DNA from: Minisyncoccota bacterium | GTDB taxonomy: Bacteria > Patescibacteriota > Minisyncoccia > Phycocordibacterales > Phycocordibacteraceae | DNA length: 64,000 nucleotides | Assembly: GCA_041660025.1 (NCBI GenBank) | Contig: JBAZXD010000001.1 | Span: 236,162-300,161 of the forward strand | Direction of reading: 5' to 3' | In this document: positions 58,556 through 64,000 of the stretch, piece by piece | Position numbering within the stretch: the first letter of the stretch is position 1 | How the letters are laid out: each line of letters begins with the position of its first letter | Position numbers and translations under genes: made by a program | Notes under the pieces: model-generated | The model's input: the letters and a program-made list of their open reading frames with translations, nothing else | Databases searched by the model: none | Told to the model about the DNA's origin: nothing

Positions 58556-58672
58556 ATGAAAGTTCGTGCGTCTATCAAAGTCCAGCAGCCAGGTGATCAG
58601 CTCGTCCGTCGCGGCGGGCGCCTGTACCGTATCAATAAGAAGAATCCGCGCCGCAAGGCTCGCCAGGGTTAA
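58556..58672 (+). CDS. rpmJ: 50S ribosomal protein L36 (zinc-free type; below the ORF-track cutoff)
   Basis: [38 protein letters not shown] between infA and rpsM. Confidence 0.95.
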   Translation: MKVRASIKVQQPGDQLVRRGGRLYRINKKNPRRKARQG

Positions 58673-58692
58673 TTAATTTTTAAGTACTTACT

Positions 58693-59073
58693 ATGCGTAT
58701 CGCCGGCGTTACCATTCCCGATAACAAGCAGCTCGCGTATTCACTGCCGCTCATTTTCGGCATCGGACCGACGCGTGCGCGCGATATCCTGAAGCAGGTC
58801 GGCATCAGTGCGACGAAGAAAGGGAGCGAGCTCTCCAACGACGAGGAACAGAAGATCCGCGTCCTCGCCGAAGGCTTCACGATCGAAGGCGAGCTGCGCC
58901 GCGAGATAGGGCAGAACATCAAGCGACTGAAGGACATCAAGTCGGCGCGCGGCGATCGGCATTCCCGCGGTCTGCCGGTGCGCAATCAGCGCACGAAGAC
59001 GAATTCTCGGACGCGGCGCGGCAACGTCCGTAAGACGATGACCTCCGGTCGCCGGACGCTCGAAAAGACATAA
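58693..59073 (+). CDS. rpsM: 30S ribosomal protein S13
   Basis: MRIAGV.IP, IFGIG, RGDRHSRGLPVRNQRTKTNSRT. Confidence 0.98.
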   Translation: MRIAGVTIPDNKQLAYSLPLIFGIGPTRARDILKQVGISATKKGSELSNDEEQKIRVLAEGFTIEGELRREIGQNIKRLKDIKSARGDRHSRGLPVRNQRTKTNSRTRRGNVRKTMTSGRRTLEKT

Positions 59074-59076
59074 TTT

Positions 59077-59511
59077 ATGGGAAAGAAACGCATCATCAAG
59101 AAGAGCGGGCGAGGCATGGACGCCGGGCGCAAGGAGCGCGCGATGTCGAAGGTTACCAAGCGCCATCTCGAGAAGGGCATCCTGCACATCGACGCGACCT
59201 TCAACAACACGAAGGCTATCCTCACCGACGAGAAGGGGAATGCTGTTATCTCTTCGAGCGCGGGCGCGCTCGGCTTCTCCGGTGCACGCAAGTCGACGCC
59301 GTATGCGGCGGCGAAGGTCGGCGAATTCCTTGGCGAGAAGGGAATGATGATTGGCCTCAAGGAGGCGACGGTCATCATCCGCGGCGTCGGCGCCGGCCGC
59401 GAGTCGGTCCTGCGCGCGTTCTCGGGCAAGGGCGTCCAGATCAAGTCCATCAAGGACGTGACACCGGTGCCGCACAACGGTCCGCGCCCGCCAAAGCCGC
59501 GTCGCGTCTAA
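59077..59511 (+). CDS. rpsK: 30S ribosomal protein S11
   Basis: ATFNNT, KSTPYAA, DVTPVPHNGPRP. Confidence 0.98.
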   Translation: MGKKRIIKKSGRGMDAGRKERAMSKVTKRHLEKGILHIDATFNNTKAILTDEKGNAVISSSAGALGFSGARKSTPYAAAKVGEFLGEKGMMIGLKEATVIIRGVGAGRESVLRAFSGKGVQIKSIKDVTPVPHNGPRPPKPRRV

Positions 59512-59526
59512 TCTTTTACTGCCAGT

Positions 59527-60138
59527 ATGAAAACAGGACCACGATATAAAATAGCGAAGCGCCTCGGCGCAACCGTCTTCGAGAAAGCGCAGACGCAGAA
59601 GTTCGCTATCTCCGCCGAGCGTTCGGCGAAGAACAAACGTCGTAGCCGCGGTCGCCAGAGCGAGTACGGCAAGCAGATGCTCGAGAAGCAGAAGGTGCGC
59701 ATTACCTACGGGCTCCCCGAGCGACAGTTCCGCAACTATGTGAACAAGGCGCTCTTGGCGCACAGCGCGAAGCCCTCTGAGCGCCTGCACGAGCTCCTTG
59801 AGCTTCGGCTCGACAACGTCGTCTGGCGGCTCGGGCTCGCGTCCACGCGGCGCGGCGCACGCCAGATGGTGGCGCACGGCCACGTGATGGTCGGCGACAA
59901 GAAGATGCGCGTTCCCTCGCACCTGCTCGCGGTCGGCGACCGTATCAGCGTGCGCCAGGGTTCCTTGGAGCATGGCGTCCTGGTCGGCTTCGCCGAGCGC
60001 TTCGCTGAGCGCCCGCTCCCGTCCTGGCTCGTCTGGGACGCGAAGAAGATGGAGGGCGGGGTGAAGGAGCTACCCACCTCGGCGTCGGCGGATGTCGCGG
60101 GCGACCTGGTCGCCGTGCTCTCGTTCTACACGAGATAA
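59527..60138 (+). CDS. rpsD: 30S ribosomal protein S4
   Basis: SEYGKQMLEKQK, LELRLDNVV.RLG, ARQMVAHGH. Confidence 0.98.
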   Translation: MKTGPRYKIAKRLGATVFEKAQTQKFAISAERSAKNKRRSRGRQSEYGKQMLEKQKVRITYGLPERQFRNYVNKALLAHSAKPSERLHELLELRLDNVVWRLGLASTRRGARQMVAHGHVMVGDKKMRVPSHLLAVGDRISVRQGSLEHGVLVGFAERFAERPLPSWLVWDAKKMEGGVKELPTSASADVAGDLVAVLSFYTR

Positions 60139-60187
60139 CAGAGTATAGTAATTTGAGTATTAATTAATTGGTAATTACGATTGCGTT

Positions 60188-61129
60188 ATGGAATACCACA
60201 TCACCCTACCGAGTAAGCCCCGTATCGTTTCTGAAGAAGGACTGCAGGGCGTCTATGAGATCGACTCGCTCTACCCGGGCTACGGACACACCCTCGGCAA
60301 TTCTCTGCGCCGCATCATCCTTTCCTCGCTCCCCGGCGCTTCTGTTACGCAGGTAAAGATCGAGGGCGTCCCGCACGAGTTCGCCACCATCGACGGTGTC
60401 CGCGAGACTGTTATGGAGCTTCTCCTCAACCTCAAGCGCGTCCACTTCGTCCTCCACGGCGATGAGCCACAGACTATCTCGCTCTCGGCCAAGGGTACAA
60501 AGGAGGTCACTGCAAATGACTTCAAGCTCCCAAGCCAGGTGGAGATCAAGAATCCTGAACAACACCTCTGCGACCTCTCGGGCAAGGCAGTTCTCGAGCT
60601 CGAGGCGACCATCGAGCGTGGCCTGGGCTACGTCGCACGCGAGGCGCTCACGAAGGACAAGGTCGACATCGGCACCATCGCGCTCGACGCGACCTTCACC
60701 CCTATTCGCCGCGTGAACTACGAGGTGGAGAATATGCGCGTCGGCGACCGCACCGACTTCAATCGCCTGCGCATCCTTATCGAGACCAACGGCACTATCG
60801 CGCCGCGCGAAGCGCTGGAGAAGTCCATCGAGACGATGATCCACCAGCTGAAGGCGGTCATCGGCTTCCAGGAGGAAACTATGGAGGCCTCGACCAAGAG
60901 TGCAGAGGGCGATGCTCTCAGCACGAGTGCCGCAAAGGTTAAGATCGCGGACCTGAATCTTCCGCCGCGCGTCACCTCCTCGCTCGAGGATGCCGGTATC
61001 AAGAGCGCGGCAGGGCTCGCGCGGAAGACCGCGGGCGCCCTCAAGGAGCTCGACGGCATCGGCGAGAAGGCGATCGAGGAGATCTCTGAAGCGCTCGCCG
61101 GCCACGGCCTCACGCTGAAGGCCGAATAA
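60188..61129 (+). CDS. rpoA: RNA polymerase subunit alpha
   Basis: GYGHTLGNSLRRIILSSLPG, HEF.TI.GV.E, DATFTPIRRV, RVGDRTDF. Confidence 0.98.
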   Translation: MEYHITLPSKPRIVSEEGLQGVYEIDSLYPGYGHTLGNSLRRIILSSLPGASVTQVKIEGVPHEFATIDGVRETVMELLLNLKRVHFVLHGDEPQTISLSAKGTKEVTANDFKLPSQVEIKNPEQHLCDLSGKAVLELEATIERGLGYVAREALTKDKVDIGTIALDATFTPIRRVNYEVENMRVGDRTDFNRLRILIETNGTIAPREALEKSIETMIHQLKAVIGFQEETMEASTKSAEGDALSTSAAKVKIADLNLPPRVTSSLEDAGIKSAAGLARKTAGALKELDGIGEKAIEEISEALAGHGLTLKAE

Positions 61130-61134
61130 TTACT

Positions 61135-61488
61135 ATGGCGCATACCACCAAAGCACAGACCTTCCATCGCGAAATCGGCCAGCGCGCGGCGCTTATCCGT
61201 TCGCTCGCGCGTTCCCTCGTCCTCGAGGAGCGCATCTCGACTACCGAGGCGAAGGCGAAGGCGCTCCGCCCGTTCGTCGAGCGGCTCGTCACCTACGCGA
61301 AGACCAATACGCTCGCGAGCCGCCGGCTCGCGGAGAAACGCATCCACGACAAGGCGGCGGTGAAGAAGCTCTTCAGCACCATCGGCCCCCGCTACGCGGA
61401 CCGCAAAGGCGGCTACACGCGCGTGGTAAAGCGCACCAAGCGCGGGACGAACGACGCGCGCAAACTTGCGTACATTGCGTTCGTCTAG
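61135..61488 (+). CDS. rplQ: 50S ribosomal protein L17
   Basis: RISTTEAKAKALR, RYADRKGGYTRV. Confidence 0.97.
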   Translation: MAHTTKAQTFHREIGQRAALIRSLARSLVLEERISTTEAKAKALRPFVERLVTYAKTNTLASRRLAEKRIHDKAAVKKLFSTIGPRYADRKGGYTRVVKRTKRGTNDARKLAYIAFV

Positions 61489-61504
61489 TATTCATTACGT
61501 ATCT

Positions 61505-61876
61505 ATGACCAGCAACACAAAACCAGCCCCGACGACCTACACGATAGACGCGACCGACCGTACCCTCGGCCGCGTGTGTAGCGAGGCGGCGGGCGTCCTC
61601 CTCGGCAAGAAGTCCGTCCACTTCGCGAAGAATCAGACCATTCCGGTCACCGTCACCGTTACCAACGCGGGCAAGCTCCACCTCTCTGCGCGCCGCACGA
61701 AAGGGAAGGTCTATACGCGCTACACGGGCTACCCGGGCGGTCTCTACTCGATGACGATGGAGGATATGATCGCTAAGAAGGGTATCGCAGAAGTCGTGAA
61801 GAAGACCGTCGACGGGATGATCCCGCGCAACAAGCTCCGCAAACCGCGGATGAAGAACCTCATCGTCACCGAATAA
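61505..61876 (+). CDS. rplM: 50S ribosomal protein L13 (short C terminus)
   Basis: IDATDRTLGR..SEAA..L.GK, YTGYPGGL, GMIPRNKL. Confidence 0.95.
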   Translation: MTSNTKPAPTTYTIDATDRTLGRVCSEAAGVLLGKKSVHFAKNQTIPVTVTVTNAGKLHLSARRTKGKVYTRYTGYPGGLYSMTMEDMIAKKGIAEVVKKTVDGMIPRNKLRKPRMKNLIVTE

Positions 61877-61881
61877 TATTT

Positions 61882-62277
61882 ATGCAAAAAGATTTCATCA
61901 CCGCCGTCGGACGCCGTAAGACCGCCATCGCGAGCGTGCGTATGCAGAAGGCCGCGAAGTCGAGCCTCATAGTGAACGGCAAGAGCCCGAAGGACTATTT
62001 CAAGACCGATCTGCGCGCACTCATCGCTGAAGAGGCGTTCGCGAAGGCGGAGAGCGCCGAGAACTACGCCGTCACGGCGCACGTGCAGGGTGGCGGTATC
62101 GCCGCCCAGGCGGACGCGGTGCGCCACGCACTCTCGCGCGCGCTCACCAAGGCAGAGCCGAAGACGCGCGCCGTGCTGAAGGCCGCGACCTTCCTCAAGC
62201 GCGACCCGCGCGCCAAGGAGCGCAAGAAGCCGGGCCACGTCAAAGCGAGAAAATCGAAACAGTGGTCTAAGCGTTAA
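61882..62277 (+). CDS. rpsI: 30S ribosomal protein S9
   Basis: GRRKTAIA.VR, V.GGG..AQA.A, RDPRAKERKKPG..KARK..QWSKR. Confidence 0.98.
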   Translation: MQKDFITAVGRRKTAIASVRMQKAAKSSLIVNGKSPKDYFKTDLRALIAEEAFAKAESAENYAVTAHVQGGGIAAQADAVRHALSRALTKAEPKTRAVLKAATFLKRDPRAKERKKPGHVKARKSKQWSKR

Positions 62278-62285
62278 GTATTTTA

Positions 62286-62323
62286 CAAAAGCAAAAACCG
62301 CCGCAAGGCGGTTTTTGCTTTTG
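62286..62323 (+). terminator. terminator of the ribosomal protein operon
   Basis: CAAAAGCAAAAACCGCC-GCAA-GGCGGTTTTTGCTTTTG. Confidence 0.85.
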
Positions 62324-62326
62324 CCG

Positions 62327-62354
62327 AACGGCTCAGACCCCGTCTGAGCCGTTT
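62327..62354. repeat. 29-bp palindrome family, copy 4
   Basis: AACGGCTCAGACCCCGTCTGAGCCGTTT, whose end overlaps TTGACG. Confidence 0.9.
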
Positions 62355-62416
62355 GACGTTAAGCTTTATTAAGGTAAGGTGGCGGCAGAACGGGACTGTT
62401 TCCCAAGGAGATCCAG

Positions 62417-62830
62417 ATGATTGATGCTCTCATTGGCATTGTTATTTACGCAATATGGGTGTTTCTCGGCCTTGTTGTTTCCGTGCTCACCGTCTGTGGG
62501 ATATTCCTAGCGATCGCTGTGCGTAATGCCAACAAGCTCATGTGGGACTTGCCGTGGCTGAAATGGCTCACGCTCGATGAGATCGTGGAAATGGGATTCT
62601 CGAGGTTTTGGTCCGAGTTCTTTCTTCCGCTGTTCTATAAAAAAGGTTATCTCGAGATTCGGATCTCCTCCGACTGCCCGAAGGAAAAAATGAGGCTGAT
62701 TGAATTTATAGGATTCAATTCCTACACTGTTCAATTTCACGAGTTCAAACTCACAAAACGCAGCGGAAGGAAAAAGCCGAAGCCGTGGAAGTTGCCGGCC
62801 ATTTTTGAATGGCGTCCCGTCTCGGCATAG
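62417..62830 (+). CDS. hypothetical protein with an N-terminal TM
   Basis: 137 aa; AAGGAG SD. Confidence 0.7.
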   Translation: MIDALIGIVIYAIWVFLGLVVSVLTVCGIFLAIAVRNANKLMWDLPWLKWLTLDEIVEMGFSRFWSEFFLPLFYKKGYLEIRISSDCPKEKMRLIEFIGFNSYTVQFHEFKLTKRSGRKKPKPWKLPAIFEWRPVSA

Positions 62831-62882
62831 TCGCTCTATTCATCTTTGATTGAATCGACAACGAAGAAAGGAGGAATACACC

Positions 62883-62954
62883 ATGGCCAAGCTTAGGATG
62901 TTGCGCGGCCGGACGGCCCAAGCGGCTATAAGACCTACGAGCAAAAACTCGTAG
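62883..62954 (+). CDS. putative 23-aa basic peptide
   Basis: AAGGAGG 8 nt upstream of the ATG; MAKLRMLRGRTAQAAIRPTSKNS*; overlaps terminator 62930-62964. Confidence 0.4.
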   Translation: MAKLRMLRGRTAQAAIRPTSKNS

Positions 62955-63053
62955 GTCTTTTTTTATCTCACCCACCTTTAGGCGTGGAAGAGGTAAAAAG
63001 GAAAGCGCACCTCGTGAGAGGCGCGCTTGGCGGGTATGTCGCTCTGTGCGACA

Positions 63054-63527
63054 TCAGTGCAGTTTCGTTCTGCGGACAGAGACCGTGACGCATGACTGAG
63101 CCTTCATCCACCGCTTGGCCTTCCGGTCGAATTTCTTGATGACGACAGTCATCACACCGACCTTGACGGGGAGCGTTTCTGCGCTGTTGAAGCGCCGACA
63201 CGCGGTCTTGGCGGGGCCGAAATTCGGCAGGTAGTCCGGGTCAACGGTGATGAGCGGAGAGCGGTCTTTCATATCCTCCCGCACACTCGCCTCCGTCTCG
63301 CCTGGGCCGAGCGGCTCGTCCGGATCCTGGAAGTAGATCCTGTTGATGTACTCTTTCTCGTCCTCTTCAGTCCACTCCCAAGCGAACTCGTCGACCAGGT
63401 AGTAGCGGTCATCCCGCTCCGGGCCGCTGGCCTCGTCGTAGCCGGGGTTCGAGCTGAAGAGATTCCCCAGCACGTGGCCCTCCACCATTGGAGTGAAAAA
63501 TCCCAAATCTCCCAACAGAGTGCTCAT
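63054..63527 (-). CDS. hypothetical protein (acidic centre, basic tail)
   Basis: GGGAG SD before ATG 63527; TTGACA upstream at ~63600-63605; hairpin at ~63002-63028. Confidence 0.7.
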   Translation of the reverse strand: MSTLLGDLGFFTPMVEGHVLGNLFSSNPGYDEASGPERDDRYYLVDEFAWEWTEEDEKEYINRIYFQDPDEPLGPGETEASVREDMKDRSPLITVDPDYLPNFGPAKTACRRFNSAETLPVKVGVMTVVIKKFDRKAKRWMKAQSCVTVSVRRTKLH

Positions 63528-63712
63528 GTTCTTTCTCCCAGAAACGTTAATCAAAGGTACCCAGAATTCAGCTTTCATTATACTACATATATAAGTATTT
63601 TGTCAATACCCCAATTTCCATTCACCACCAGGCAAAGAGGGCGCGGATGGAATTGACGCTATCTATGTATTATGCTATATTGCAAAGCGGATAAATTCAC
63701 CAGGAGGTTCAC

Positions 63713-64000
63713 GTGTCCAAACACCAACTCTCGCTCGAAGAATCGCAAATCCTGTTTTTCACGGAGCTGATCGCCTTGATGTACTGCTCAGCCGTGAGAA
63801 AAGCTTGTCAGATGTTCATTCAGTCGGATGTCCCGATCGGACCTCTTTTCCTCGAGGGGGCGCTTCGGGAAAATCTCCGGGCACTGCTCCGCGAGCCGCT
63901 CCGCAACCCGTTCTTCCGGGAGAAATTCAACCGGTACTTCCGGACTCATGAGCACCCTGACATACGCAATGTCGCGTATGAATGGATGGGAGAAATATTG
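63713..64000 (+). CDS. partial hypothetical protein (runs off the window end)
   Basis: GTG after AGGAGG; reads MSKHQLSLEESQILFFTELIAL..., open to 64000; TTGACG promoter at ~63653. Confidence 0.65.
   Translation, partial: MSKHQLSLEESQILFFTELIALMYCSAVRKACQMFIQSDVPIGPLFLEGALRENLRALLREPLRNPFFREKFNRYFRTHEHPDIRNVAYEWMGEIL

Overview
This 64-kb segment looks like a small-genome bacterial chromosome (genetic code 11, GC-rich core). Gene content and style point to Patescibacteria/CPR, probably Parcubacteria; this is an inference, not a database result. The core is housekeeping: dnaX, tgt, uvrB/uvrA/uvrC, ndk, ddl, a tRNA cluster (Ala x3, Pro x2, Val, plus Gln elsewhere), mscL, a complete atpBEFHAGDC operon, ychF, leuS, mltG, mnmA, ung, alaS, and infA-rpmJ-rpsM-rpsK-rpsD-rpoA-rplQ-rplM-rpsI. 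A VirD4/TraD-like ATPase and many AT-richer single-gene inserts are interspersed. No integrase, transposase, rRNA or CRISPR array was found. The strongest unexplained signals are: (1) a ~200-nt, highly base-paired, independently transcribed candidate ncRNA upstream of ychF; (2) two related ~80-bp structured elements, each between a duplicated tRNA 5' end and the intact tRNA; (3) a leuS whose 3' ~175 codons look foreign, with a stranded copy of a leuS 3' end downstream of an inserted gene; (4) a 29-bp palindrome family that marks core/accessory boundaries; (5) a decayed HTH gene plus a decayed tRNA-Ala(GGC) in front of the functional tRNA-Ala(GGC); (6) two expression styles, with leaderless SD-less core genes and SD-led accessory genes; (7) repeated loss of structural zinc sites (DnaX, Tgt, L36).
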